Notes under the pieces: generated by a model
The model's input: the letters and a program-made list of their open reading frames with translations, nothing else
The model's database searches: none
What the model was told of the DNA's origin: nothing
Shown: piece by piece, positions 36,906 through 49,947 of the stretch
How positions within the stretch are numbered: the first letter of the stretch is position 1
Layout: the number at the start of each line of letters is the position of its first letter
Source: Chrysemys picta bellii
Taxonomy: Eukaryota
DNA length: 64,000 nt
Reading direction: 5' to 3'
Assembly (NCBI RefSeq): GCF_011386835.1
Contig: NC_088802.1
Location: forward strand, 48,546,001 to 48,610,000
Made by a program: the position numbers and the translations under genes

Positions 36906-39019
36906 ACACATGATAGCTGTGGGCTTGGCAGGTAGCAGCACTGGTTGGGCTGGGGGAACTGGCAGTCTAGAAGGGGGTGTCATGTGCACATGAACAGCAG
37001 TAAAAGTATTTTTCTTTTCAACCTTTTGTTAGAAACTAGCTAACTGGTCAGCGTGGCCAGTTTTGTCTTCAGAGCCTCAGTGTGAGGAACCATTGCATCA
37101 GGAGGGCTGAGTCCCCACTAACCTTTGACCTCTTCTCCATACCTTGCCAAAAGGCACATGCTACCCCTATGGAAGCTCCCTGTGCCATTGCCAATGACGT
37201 AGGAGCATCGATTTCATTCATGCCACGGATAGCTACAAACACACAAATGAGTAGAAGCCAAGACTCCTGATTCTTTTTTTTTTTTTTCCATGTCTCTGCT
37301 TGTCAAGTTACACTAGTCAGGTCATGTTACATGCCCAACTACAACACACAGAAATACAATATTATTTCTATAATACCGTTACTACAAAGCCTCCGTCAGC
37401 CTTTCAACGAGCTTCTTATCTCGTACTGGTCAGTATGGGGCTGAAGTATATGCGCAAATTGACTCCCAGATCTCAGCTATAGGCACAAAGCACGACACAT
37501 AAAACGAGGATCAACAGATGAGCCAGTTCTGAAGATTGGAAGCAGGAGCAAAAAAATAAACCACTTTGGTTTTTTGGTTCTCACATGCATGCTCTGTTTG
37601 TTTGCGATGAATCCCATACTTCCTCACTGACAACAAACCAGCAACCAAATACTGGCCAGAAGAGCTGGCTCATACAGTTCAGCATGGAGAGGAGGCGTCT
37701 ATAGTGGGCATTCAAACCTTGGCATCTCTTTATTCATTATCCATGGCTATCGGGTGATTAAAATGTTGAACCAGGCTTTCTTACAATAAATATTACTATA
37801 AAATGAAACAAAAGGGGAAGGTGGGTGGGACAGGAGATTGTTAAGTTTCAATTCCTGTTCCAGAACCCTCTCTCACACACACACACTTCTTGTTGCCAAA
37901 TTTGAATTTTCTAACAATTGCACCAGCTGTTTCGGATTAAATCTCAATGGTGGTGAGTGCAGCTTGTTTATGGTTGGTCCCTCAGTTGGGCCATCACAAA
38001 CTCTCCAATTTCTTGCATGCTCTTTCCGAATTTTCCATTCTCAAAACAAACAAACAAAAATCAATCTCCCACCTAATGACTTAGGGCCCAGTCCAAAAGC
38101 CCACTGAAGTCGATGGAAAGACTCTGAGTTGGGATTTGGATTAGGACTTTTGGGTATCCAAAAGTGCCCTCGGGTATGCAGCAGAGTACGCTGACTGAAG
38201 TGGGAGATGCATCTATGAAGGCAGAATTTTACTTTAGGGTCCAGAGCAAGCATGATCAAACTGTGGTCCCTGGAAACTTTGCTGATAGTCCACCAAATGA
38301 ACCTACTTGAGAACCAAGCAGTGGGGAACTGGAAAGGGAGACAGCTCATGAAAAGACTTATAAAGTAGACCAGTAGATTTGGGGTGAAATCCTGCTCTCA
38401 CTGAACTCAATGGGAGTTTTCCTATTGACTTCAAAGGAGCCAGGATTTCACCTCTGGGATATAGCCTCAGCTGGTCCACTGACTTGTTGTGTGACCTTAG
38501 GCAAGTCAGCTAAAACCTCCCTGTGCATCAGTTTCTATAGCTGTGAAATGGGGACAGTAATGCTACCCTACTTCATAAGTGCACACATAATGCAATTACT
38601 TATGGCTTGAACTAGCCCTCTGGGACTTGAGTACATATTGTTATCATCTCTCCATAAGCCGTTTGCACATATGTGCATAAGAACAGTTGCTGGCACTATA
38701 AGAGTCACCTCCTTATTCTGGAGGGCAGGACCCTGAGATGGTTTGTCCTTCTCTTTCTATTTAAGTACCTTGACCTACAGAATAATGACTCACATTAGGT
38801 GAGGTCCTGATCCAATACATATTGAAATCAATGTCAGTCTTTCCATTGACTTCAGTGGGCTTTGAATCAGCCCTTGAATGGTTCTGAATGCCCTCAGCTT
38901 ACATGGACTTCAAATGGAGTAGTGAGCACTGGCACCTTGCAGGATCAGGCCCTGATAAAGCCAATACAAGCAGCCAGAATGGAATGGGAGCACAAATCTG
39001 AAAAGACCTTTTTATGATT

Positions 39020-39330
39020 CACCTGGAGTCTGGGCCTGACAGGCATGCAGTAGGATTGAAAGGGGTTCAGAAAAATGCAACCAGATGAAAGCTAGTCTCA
39101 GGGGCTGCACTCAGGGAAGCTAGATTGGTTGGTATCCTTTAGAAAAGATCAGATTAAAAGAGGGCATGACTCAGCTATACAAATCTCTGGAGGGATCATG
39201 AGATGCTGGAAGCCACTAGACTTTGGGATCAAGCAATAAGTCTGAGAACAAGAGGACATGACCTGAAAATAAGAAAGGTGAAGACACTGGTGGTGTTTAG
39301 CAGAAATGTCTTGTTCACAGAAATGTTAAG
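39020..39330 (+). mobile_element. Ancient CR1/L2-like ORF2 C-terminal remnant
   Basis: ORF 39203 contains RTRGHDLKI, the conserved RTRGHxxKL motif. Upstream is gaaaggggttcagaaaaatgcaacc (ERVQ..AT-like). Confidence 0.65.
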
Positions 39331-39409
39331 GAACAGTGAGTCACATGAAAGACCACGTGCTTACTGTCAGTGTTACCCGAGATCATCGGCACAGAAACAA
39401 CGCTGTTAA

Positions 39410-40258
39410 GCAGATGACAGTGATTTCTGGACTTTAACCAACAGGAAGGACAGCCAACATTCAGAAGGAATTTCTCAACTGGTGCAGGCAGCAAATAAGG
39501 TTCTTGGGAATGGTGCCAAATACAAAAAGGAAAGAACAGAGAAACCAGATCGCTGAAAGAAGTTTACATGAACAATACGTTTAAGCTTGACAGTGAGAGT
39601 GAAGAGGTTCAGAGGAAGCCCATAGTTAGACATCACTTCAGCTCTTCTCTCTTGCCTGCAAAGAGGTGTTTACAGATTTGCAGTGGAGGGGTAAAGAAGG
39701 ATATTGAGATAGCTGCTACAAGATAGCAGGCAAAGGCATTACAAGAACCATTGGCTGGAAGCTAAAGCTAGAAAAATTCAGATAGGAAATAAGGCAGGAA
39801 CTCTTAACACCGAGAGTAATTAACAATGGCTAGCGCTTACCAAAGGATGCAGTAGATTCTCCATCACTTGAAATGTTTAAGGCTCCAATTTTCAAAAGGA
39901 GCTTGTGGATATTGTGGTGTTAGTTGTGAATGTTTAGAGCAGCAGCTAAGGGGCATAGAACAAGGAGGTATGTGTCTATGTAAACAGGAAATAAAGACAG
40001 TCTTGCATTCACCCCATCCATCATAGTTTGCTGGGTTTCTACAATCTCTACAGGTATTTGAAATTCAGTGGGATTTGGGCATTAGGCTCCTTTGATAATC
40101 CCAGCCAAAATCAAGATTGGACATCTTTCTAAAAGATATGTTTTAGTTCAGCCACAAACTATTGGGCTCAGTGCAGGAATCACTGGTTGAAATGCCATGG
40201 GTGTGCTGTAGTCAGACAAGATGATCATAATAGGCCTACAGGATCTTAAAATCTACGA
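39410..40258 (+). mobile_element. Old CR1 remnant split by a MITE
   Basis: gcagatgac (ADD) near 39412. gctaaagctagaaaaattcagataggaaataaggc and gattctccatcacttgaaatgtttaa resume after the insertion as aaaatcaagattggacatctttctaaaagatatg. Tail cttaaaatctacga. Confidence 0.7.
39881..40106. mobile_element. GGCC.GATTTTCAAA-type MITE nested in CR1
   Basis: Ends ggctccaattttcaaaaggagc / ggctcctttgataatcccagcc. It interrupts a contiguous CR1 motif. Confidence 0.65.
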
Positions 40259-42250
40259 GATACAGAGAAAATAATCAAGCAACCTCACTATTGGACAGGA
40301 CTTTGGTTTCCTCTGCTGAAAACCTTCATCTGCAGCTGGCCTCTTCTCACTCTACAGATACGCTCTGGGGTCCTCATCATGACGATGGAACAAAACCTAA
40401 AACCAGCAGCAAATCAGAAAAAGATGTGTGGGCGTGACATCGCATGGAGAGACAGGAGAAAAAGCCAAGGGATTAGAGAGCAAACCAAGATGAAAGACCT
40501 CATGGGGTTTCTGTAGCTACAAGATAATCATGTTGCAAGAAGATGGACCACACTTACTACAGATGGGTGACCAATGGATAATAGGAAAACTGGCAGATGA
40601 GAATGACAAGAGCTGGGCTCATAGCATCTATAGAAGCTTTGGTCCTAATTCGGGAAAGCATCCCTGTTCAGGATAGCACTTAAACATGTACTTAAACTTA
40701 TCCATGTGCTTAAGTACTATCTTGAATACAGATGAACTTAACCGCATGCTTGTTCTCCTAAATCGGGGCCTTTGGGTGGATATTTGCAAGCTAAGGAGAC
40801 AAGTGGTATATTTTTCCTCATGCCAATTTTCTTTAATGAAAAGAGAAAGATAAAAGTGTCACAATGTAGGAAAAAATCATGCTCTTGGATTCAAGCTAAA
40901 GAGATATCTATGCAGAATGAAACTGCAGAGATGAGAGATTGTAGCTTCGTTACGAATTTACGTGTATTTTTCTGCAAACAAAACAATGTTGAACAAATCT
41001 AAAGGCATTTTGTGCTGCTGAAATAAGGACATCGGATAAAATCAAATACATGTTAAGTAATTAATTATTAAACATTAATTAATACAAAGGAATTGAATAA
41101 ACTGCACAAGTACAGCATCTTTCACCTAAAGATCTGAAAGAAGAATACGACCACCAATTCATATGAGCTAGCTGACGACTGTTGTTCTCGTGTTCCAGAA
41201 AAAGAAACTGAGGCACACACAAGTTGTGACTTACAACAAATCCATATTGGATCTGGGAGCAGAACATAGAGAGGCTGCCTCACTCTACTGTGCTCTTAAA
41301 AAAAAGCTCATTGCTTGCAGTGAGACACTCCAGGTTATTGTGACCGATAAGGAGCCCCTTCCTTGGCCATGGAAATCATGCTGTTTTGCCTCACTCATGA
41401 CTCATGTGGCAAAGTCTCGATGATACCCACTATAACATATGGACCGACCATGTCTAATAAAGAGATCAGAGAAAGTCCATGTATCCTGCAGATCTCAAAG
41501 AGTCATCTGGAACGAGTTTGTGTCAATTCAGGCTTTATTTAAACACATTGTTTAGATACAGTTTATCCCTCTTGGTGCAGGGTTCAGTGTTCTCTCTTTA
41601 AACTCTAAGATGTTCTTTCTTGCCCTGAAATGTTCACCCATTTAGAAACATCTTGGAAACAGAATTAAATGCAATCAAAATTGCTCAAATATCTTAACAT
41701 ATTTGCTAATACCATGTGCCTGTTTTTATGAACCATCACACTATGATGCGTGCATACATGCTCAGTGCCAGAGCAGTGTAAATGCCTTAGTGTAACTGAT
41801 GATCAGGTCCATATGAGTTTATAGCATGCTATGCCATATGCATAAAGTACATAGGCACTCAGCTTCAAAATGTACAGTGGAAGCTTCCAATCTTCCAGAG
41901 CCAGGAGAGTAAAAAGCAAACTCAGTAACTCAAGGACCACTGTATCTTTCCCTTTTTATATAGCATCTTACTTCATTGCAGCAAACAGCATCTCTGAAAA
42001 TCGAGAGCTCAACTCAACATGAGGGTTTTTCTCTCGGACATGTTATTAGATGTTTGCACTCAAGAAGGCTCTTCCTGTTGTTGCCTATATTACTCCCTCC
42101 TAAGTGAAATATCTGGTCTCTCAAGAGTCCGTTCAGCTCAGCAATCCATTGTAAACACTAAGTTTTGAGCATGAACTTGTCCAGAAGTAAAAATTTTCAA
42201 AAGTGCCTAACTGACTTAGGAACCTAAATCCCACTTTCAAAAGTGACTTA

Positions 42251-42408
42251 GGGCCATATTTTTAATTTTTTTAAATATTTGAGGGCTAAAAATGCATACA
42301 GGCACTTAGTGGGATTTTCAAAAGCGCCTAGGCACCTAACTCCCACTAGGCACATTTGAAAATCCAACTGCATCTTTAGGCACCTAAAAACCTTTAAAAA
42401 TCTGGCCC
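42251..42408. mobile_element. TA-target MITE nested in a related AGGCACCTAA-rich element (about 42185-42515)
   Basis: Ends gggccatattttt / aaaaatctggccc, flanked by TA on both sides (gactTA...TAagtc). Confidence 0.7.
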
Positions 42409-43279
42409 TAAGTCATGCACAAGCCTATGTCTCATTGAGCGTCAACCAGATGTAGGCTCCTGAGTGCCTAAGTCCTTCCTAAATTGCATCAGCCTTTTTA
42501 AAAATCTTACCCCAGGCCTGATTATTTATTCCTCCTCTTAAAACAAACACGAGTCACACTGTCTACTATGGGTATCTTTATGACTAGCTAATAAAGGATG
42601 AATACATGTTTAATAGAAGTTATAAGCATGTTAGAGGCATGAGCAGTATGTATTATAGATGATTATGAGCGCATCAGCAGAAGATGCTATAGAGGGTCTA
42701 AGCAACCTGTTGATCTGGAAAACTCTATAATTGTAGCAATCATTAATTAAAACATCTATGAATCATTTATTAACCTCTATAAGCTATTTATAAATGTACC
42801 TACTGCAGGGATTACTCGGAGGGTTGTGACTGTTGTTAGCCTCGGTAGCAAGCTGGATCGAAGAGGAGAGGGAAATGAATATTATATCTGGGGTGTTACT
42901 TGACATATTCAGCTATTGTTTTCATCTTTCACAGAGCATAGTGTCAGGCAGAGCAAGTGTTGATACAAATGTCAGCACTCACTTCTCCTGTAGCTTCCTC
43001 GAGTGATAGAATGAAAATGCTGGTGGCGCTGATGGACACGCAGCACGAGAGACATATGGACCTGAGAAGTGTAGACCCTATCCATGCTTGCAGACTCTGG
43101 CCTCTACATTTCATCCCTAAAGGATGGGCAAACTGGCTTGGATAAATAAGAACCTCCCCCCGCTACAGCCCCAGGGATCAGCAAAGCATTTAACATGTAC
43201 CTTGGTCCATCCCTATTCAGCAAAGCAATTAAGCACATGCTTAACGTTAAGCCAATGGGACTTCAGCATGTGCCTAACG

Positions 43280-43584
43280 CAGGGGTCGGCAACCTTTCAG
43301 AAGTGGTGTGCCGAGTCTTCATTTAGTCACTGTAATTTAAGGTTTCACGTAATGCATTTTAACGTTTTTAGAAGGTCACTTTCTATAAGTCTATAATATA
43401 TAACTAAACTATTGTTGTATGTAAAGTAAATAATGTTTCTAAAATGTTTAAGAAGCTTCATTTAAAATTAAATTAAAATGCAGAGCCCCCCGGACCGGTG
43501 GCCAGGACCCAGGCAGTGTGAATGCCACTGACAATCAGCTCGTCTGCCGCCTTCGGCATGTGTGCCATAGGTTGCCTACCCCTG
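43280..43584 (+). mobile_element. hAT-Charlie-like MITE
   Basis: TIR CAGGGGTCGGCAACCT / AGGTTGCCTACCCCTG and perfect TSD GCCTAACG (43272-43279, 43585-43592). Confidence 0.95.
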
Positions 43585-43785
43585 GCCTAACGTTAACTTT
43601 GTGCTTAAGTGCTTGGCTAAATGAGAATGGACTACTGAATGGGGGTGTAAGAGCCAGATTCTGCCACCTGCACTCATATTGACTGGTATCTTACCGTGCG
43701 AGTTGCTCTGCTGAGTTCAGTGGGGCTACTCCAGTTGAGTTGAGGCTGTGGACTCCAGCCCTGTAATAATACTGAGTCTCTATAC

Positions 43786-44216
43786 CAGGGGTGGCCAACC
43801 TGTGGTTCCAGAGCCTCGTGCGGCTCTTCAGAAGTTAATATGCGGCTCCTTGTATAGGCACCGACTCCAGGGCTGGAGCTACAGGCGCCAACTTTCCAAT
43901 GTGCCGGGGGTGCTCACTGCTTAACCCCTGGCTCTGCCACAGGCCCTGCCCCCACTCCACCCCTTCCCGCCCCCTCCCCTGAGCCTGCCGTGCCCTCGCT
44001 TCTCCACCCCCCAAAGCCTCCTGCATGCCATGAAACAGCTGATTGGGAGGTGTGGAGAGGGAGGAGGGAGGCACTGATCGGCGGGGCTGCCGGTGGGAGG
44101 CGCTGGGAGCGGGGTGGGTGAACTGATGCGGGCGTTGCTGACATATTACCGTGGCTCTTTGGCAATGTACATTGGTAAATTCTGGCTCCTTCTCAGGCTC
44201 AGGTTGGCCACCCCTG
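43786..44216. mobile_element. hAT-Charlie-like MITE
   Basis: Perfect TIR CAGGGGTGGCCAACCT / AGGTTGGCCACCCCTG. TSD ctctatac/ttctatat (6/8, nTCTAnAn type). Confidence 0.9.
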
Positions 44217-45009
44217 TTCTATATAGCACTCTGTGCTAGGCAAACATCGACTGTGATCTCACCACCTCGTGAGATAGGTGAGTAAGTCCTAACCCTGTTC
44301 TACGGATGGAATGCAGCAATGCAAAGGGCTTGATTGGGTCTCGCCTTACATGGATGTGTAAAGGGGAGAAAGGGAGCAAAGACCCTTCCGCCACCTCCCT
44401 TATGTCCTGCTCAGAGGCCAGGCCCATCTGCCTAGCTGTCCTCGTATGCAAGGATTGGAGGAGCCTAATGCAGAAAGCAATGCTACACACTGCAAAGGAG
44501 TGTTCTCTGAACCACGCACAGGAGCTGAGCTGCTGTGGGAGAAGGAGCTATTTGGATAAATAAGACCCTTCCCCCCACCCAGTGCTTCCCCAGGGCACAC
44601 TGAGCCTGGCCATCCTCTCACACCCGTGTAAATGGCTATGGTTAGGGATAGGACAGGGGTTAAAGTTAGGGTTCAACAAAGTAACATCAATGTAAAACAG
44701 GTGTGAGAGTGATCAGAATCAGGCCCATTGTGACTGCTTCAGTCATACATAAATAGATACGCTAACTATATAGAGAGATCACTTCATCTGCCAGTTACTG
44801 CAGCCACTTCTGGATGAAGAACAATAGTTTCACCACAATAGTTTACCAGCAACAGCAATACTACACAGTAGTTTAGGGCAGGAAGTGAATACCTTATCTA
44901 AATGAAACTATAAGAGGGAACATAGTTATGCAAGCTGGAATCCGACCAGACCTCCAGGGCAATACCCATCCGCCTTCCAAAAATGCAGTGTGCTCTTAGA
45001 CCGGAAGGA

Positions 45010-45312
45010 AGGGCTTGTTGCTAAGGCATTAGGGCAAGCGACTCAGGATACATAGGTACAATTTTTCATACCAGCACTGACTTTCTGTATGACTTTGGCA
45101 ACTCTCCCGCCAATAAAAAAAACCCCTCGTTGTGCCTCAGTTTCCCATTTATAAAAGAGGAACAATAATAATTCTTTTGTCTGTTTTCTCTATTTAGATT
45201 GTAGGCTGTTTGGGGCAGGGGCTGTCTTTTAGTGTGTGTTTGTACAGCACCTAGCACAATGGGGCCCAGTTTGGCTGGTGCCTCTAGGCACTTCTATAAC
45301 ACAAAGATTAAA
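45010..45312 (+). mobile_element. CORE-SINE with L2-type tail
   Basis: tgtgcctcagtttcccatttataaaa CORE, then tagattgtaggctgtttggggcagggg...tgtacagcacctagcacaatggggccc tail. Confidence 0.8.
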
Positions 45313-47028
45313 TACAGTCATGAGAATAATCTTTAATGACCCCAAATGATGACAATCCCTGTTTTATGTCTTCTCTGGGCATCGACATTAGTCAAAGACT
45401 TGCAGAATGTGAGGCTTACATCCTAATTTATAATATATATGAAACACTCTGAAATATTTTCACCATGCCCAGTTTCTGTCCAATACATTCCCCAGTAACA
45501 ATCAAATCCCTGTATTTTTGGCCTTTAGAGCTGCAGCAAGCGATTCGCTAGCGTTATGGATTCTGGCAAGGGACCCTTCCAGCAACCTTTCACCCAGCAG
45601 GCTCACACTTAACAGCAAGCCAAGAAAAGTCCCCCAAAAACACCGAGACAGTGGGAAATTCAAACAGCAGTTCCAAGGAGCAGAGGAGCCAATGGGTCAG
45701 ACTCTCATTGTAACTGGAAACTTTACCATAAAAGCAGTGAGCCCAGTCCCAACTGGTATCTTTCCGAATCCACCCAAAAGAGGCGACCAACAGGGAAGGA
45801 GGAGGTGGGGAGAGAAAAGAGGGAGCCAGAGGAGAGTGGGGGAGACACTCAATTGAGCATGATATCCAAAACAGCCTCACTAAATTGCTTTTCATATCTG
45901 AAAAGTGTCTGTGAGAGGAAGCGATGAGGGATGGGGAGGAGCAGGAAATGAGCAGTAAATCGGTCACAGCCCCGGCAAACTTGGAGACTATAACACACTT
46001 CCTTGCCAGATCCACTTTCCTAGGATAGCCTGGCTTTCTCGGATGGGTGAATGCAACTCCTCCAACTTCACTCAGATGCTATAAATTATATCCGTACGTT
46101 CCTGGAGAAACCTGCCACAAGCTAAAGTATGTTTACAATGGGCCGAATTCTATCATGCCTATCTTTCCCAAAGATCATAGCCCTGACTCGGAGAACTCTT
46201 TGTCCCTGATATTCTGAAGGACAGGCATTGTGTACATTAAGGGCTAGATTTCCAATGTGCTGAGCTCTCTTGAAAACTATCCCTGATTGCGGCTGCTAAG
46301 GTAGTTTGCAAATCCAGCCCATAGGACCGAATCCAAAACCCAGTAAAGTTTTGGCTCCGGACCATTGAGAAGCGGCTCTTTGCCCTAGTCACTTGTAACA
46401 GCTATTTTTGTATGTCCCCAGTGTTACATTTCATATCTCAGGGCCTGCTCCTACTGTCATGACAGCCAGCAGGAGATTTGCCATTGACTCCTATGGTAAC
46501 TGAACAAATGCCAAGGACAACACCATTTTAAGATTAGGGCAAATAAAATATAGGTTTGTGTATGTGTGTTTACTGTAAATCAATACTTCATTTAGATAAA
46601 CCACTCTCTATTATACTTCAGGTGCTCTCCCCAGCCCCCATTACGATGTGTAACATTTAACACAGAACTATTGATTGTTCTATGGTATTTGTTCAGTCCT
46701 GTAACATGAAGCCCATTTACGTACTAATGAAAGGTGTTTGTTTTCATTTAAGTTCTTACTGGATGTTAAGATATATATAATTACACTGAATTAATGTACT
46801 TAGGGCTGTCAACCTGAGAGCTGAATATCTGGAAATTGCTGCCCAGGTTACTTTGAAATATTTATTTAATGTACCTTTCTTTTCTAGGAAAATACCATTA
46901 AAAGGAAAGAAAGTTAGAATTAGCTAATGTAAGCAGCACAGTCCCTTTAATGGAAATAATTATTCACTCTATATACTTTCTTTTTTTCCTGCAGTACCTG
47001 AAAAAAATGTACACTCCAGTAATGAGTT

Positions 47029-47313
47029 TCATAGATTCATAGACTCTAGGACTGGAAGGGACCTCAAGAGGTCATCGAGTCCAGTCCCCTGCCCTCATGG
47101 CAGGACCAAATACTGTCAAGACCATCCCTGATAGACATTTATCTAACCTACTCTTAAATATCTCCAGAGATGGAGATTCCACAACCTCCCTAGGCAATTT
47201 ATTCCAGTGTTTAACCACCCTGACAGTTAGGAACTTTTTCCTAATGTCCAACCTAAACCTCCCTTGCTGCAGTTTAAACCCATTGCTTCTTGTTCTATCC
47301 TTAGAGGCTAAGA
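47029..47313 (-). mobile_element. Young CR1 LINE 3' fragment
   Basis: tcatagattcatagactctaggactggaaggg tail. The minus strand encodes the CR1 ORF2 end. About 95% identical by manual count to 60193-60478. Confidence 0.93.
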
Positions 47314-47587
47314 GATTTTTGTTAATCTCATCTCTGATTCCATCTCACTCACTTTTATCTGCTTCATTTTATTGCTGCTGCCTTTAAGTAACCAGGTGTA
47401 TTTGAAAGCTATCGATAAGAACTGATTTCACTGATCTGACTATAGCATTAGGTGTGAAAATTCCTCTGTGCTCACCTATGCTGTCTTAAAAAGAGCTGGG
47501 ATCATCGCAATTAATGATAGAAATTACCTATTAAGGTCCTGATCCAAAGCCTATTGAAGTCAAGTCAATGGGAAGAATCCCAGCTAC

Positions 47588-48354
47588 ACTTTGTATTAAT
47601 AGTACATTGATGGATAGTTTATAAAAAGGCTTAATAAATGATTAGCAGGTGCTTTAATAAATGGTTAATCGATTCTTAAAGATTGTTATAGAGTCCAATG
47701 GGCCATTAGGTTTCTTTTAAACATCTACCCCATCTTATAACATATTTATTAGCGTTCACCATATAATGGCATTTTTTTTCCTACAGAAAATGTTGAGTTT
47801 TCAGTAAAAACTGAAAAGTAAAATATTTCAGTTCTGAAATGCCACCGTAGTGCCTCATGGGAGTTGTAGTTTGTGTGCCTCACACTCCCCCCAGCCATTC
47901 TCCTCTATAGAATCCATTCCCTGGTTGGACTACATCTCCCATACTGCATGACTGGCTCCCATGTTGGTGAGGAGAGGTAGTGCATCATAGCAGTTGCATG
48001 GCCAAGGTGCATCATGGAAGATGAAGTCTAGCTGGAAAGCCCATCCGATAGAAAGGGAGCATGAAGCACCTGAACTACAACTCCCATGAGGCACTGCACC
48101 AGCATTTCAGATTTGAAAGTATTTGCCAAAATATTTCAGTTTTTGGTATTCCGTTTTTTCAACAAAAAATGCAATTTTCCCCTGGGCAAACAAAACCACT
48201 TTTTATGTAAAATTCTGTTTCATTGAAAACCCAATTTTCCATCAAAAAACAATTTCAGTGACAAATGTTCAACCATTCCAAATGCTTATATCATCTACTA
48301 ACCATTTATTAACCCTTTATGAATTATTTATACATTTACTCTTAATATAAAAGT
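47588..48354. mobile_element. AT-rich TIR element with a second fold-back element nested inside (about 47770-48270)
   Basis: Outer TIR actttgtattaatagta / tactcttaatataaaagt. Inner perfect 22-bp inverted repeat at 47850-47871 and 48073-48094. Confidence 0.65.
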
Positions 48355-48656
48355 AGGACATTGATGTCGTGGGCTTTGGTCTGGGACCTGGATCATCAAG
48401 ACCATTCCCCCCTCAAGGACAGGATATTGGTCTGAATCTGCAAGGTGCTGAGCATCTTCGGAGAGGAGCACTTTCAACTGCTACTGAAATCAAGGAGTAT
48501 TGAGAGTGTGAAGCATCCTGAAACACTGGGCTGTTACTGGAGAAGATACTCGGCTACAACTGCCAAAATCAAAGCAACAGCTTCTCTCTTCCATAGCATT
48601 ATCTACCTGTAGATTTCAAAGCACAGGACTAGATGATATGGTAGCAAAAAAAACCA

Positions 48657-48753
48657 AGTCTTGTCTCCACTATGGCCTTCACCTTTAGCATCACCAACGG
48701 AGCTGCACCAGGAGTGAATTATGACTATGAAACTAGGTAATGTAGACAAGACT
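48657..48753. mobile_element. Small GTCTACACT-type MITE
   Basis: TIR agtcttgtctccacta / taatgtagacaagact. Confidence 0.7.
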
Positions 48754-48808
48754 TGAGGGGTAACTGATATGCTGATAACCAGAAGAAGGTGCGCATTAAA
48801 TGTACTAA

Positions 48809-49074
48809 GACTATGTCTTCACTACAAGTGCTACAGCACTGTCGCTATGCCGCTGTAGCGTAGATACTACAGCAATAGAAGGGGTTTTCCATCGCTGTAG
48901 TAAATCTACCCCCTTGAGAGGCAGTAGATATATCAAGGGGAGAATTCTTCCATTGACCTACTGATGTCTACAGTGGGGGTTAGGTCGACCTAATTATGTC
49001 ACACAGGGCATGAAATTGTTCACAGCCCTGAGCAATGTAGCTATGTCGATCTAAATTTTAGGTGTAGACCCACC
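48809..49074. mobile_element. GTCTACACT-type (Harbinger-like) MITE
   Basis: Ends gactatgtcttcactac / ggtgtagacccacc. Internal gctacagc...gctgtagc hairpin and ggtcgacct motifs. Confidence 0.75.
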
Positions 49075-49947
49075 TCTGAATTTGGACCTATTTCTGCAAA
49101 GAGGTCAATGTGGAATGATTTGTGGAAGAAGTGGACTTTAGGGAGGGATTATGGGGACAAGGAGGACACATGGCAGTGCAAAGGAGGCAGAAAGGAGCAG
49201 CAAGGAGGTTAGATACAGAGGAATGCAAAGTGCAAGCCAACAGGAGGGCGGAGCAGTGTGGAGCCTTGCAGGTGAAGCTCTCACTGTGCCATAAGAATGA
49301 ACAAATCACCAAAACACTATACAGTGCTGTGAGATGAGGTGCGCAAACCAGAGGATGTGGAAGGACAATGCACAAAAGAAGCAGAAGGGATGGGAATGCG
49401 TGTGAGTGCTTACGCACAGTGGTGCTCTTCCCAGCTGGCACACCAGAATTGGAGGCAGAAAGCACACCAGATTGCTAGGAGAGCCAGGGAGCCAGTTTAC
49501 TGTACATGCGGGAACTGCTTCCCCAGCAGAAGAGATGCAAGCTTACGAACCAGGAATGCAGAGGTTCCTGAGGCGAGCGTCAGATGGTGATTCACAAATC
49601 CTGCATAGACAACCTGGGAATCCCACACACACACACACTCCCTTTTTTTTAAAGCGGTGATGAACCTGAACTGCTGAAAAGAATGTAGACAAAGGCAGAT
49701 TTTCAAACATGCTGCACCAATTAGGCACTTGAAAAGTTCCAAAAGAGCTAGGCCTATTGGATACTTAGGTCTTTTGAAAATCTGACCCCCACACAGTCCT
49801 CTGCCATGAGTCACTGGGGATATAAAACAAGGACCATTGAAAAGTGCTTTGACCCTAAGAGCATCCCTGTGCCAGAAGGCAAAGGGCTTCCTGGTATTTA
49901 GCAGTGAGTCTCAGCTGTCCTGACCAGCTCAGTGTACCCCAACTCAC

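Noticed and set aside
44640-44695. Interstitial telomeric repeat
   Set aside because: Only scattered TTAGGG-like words, not a tandem array.
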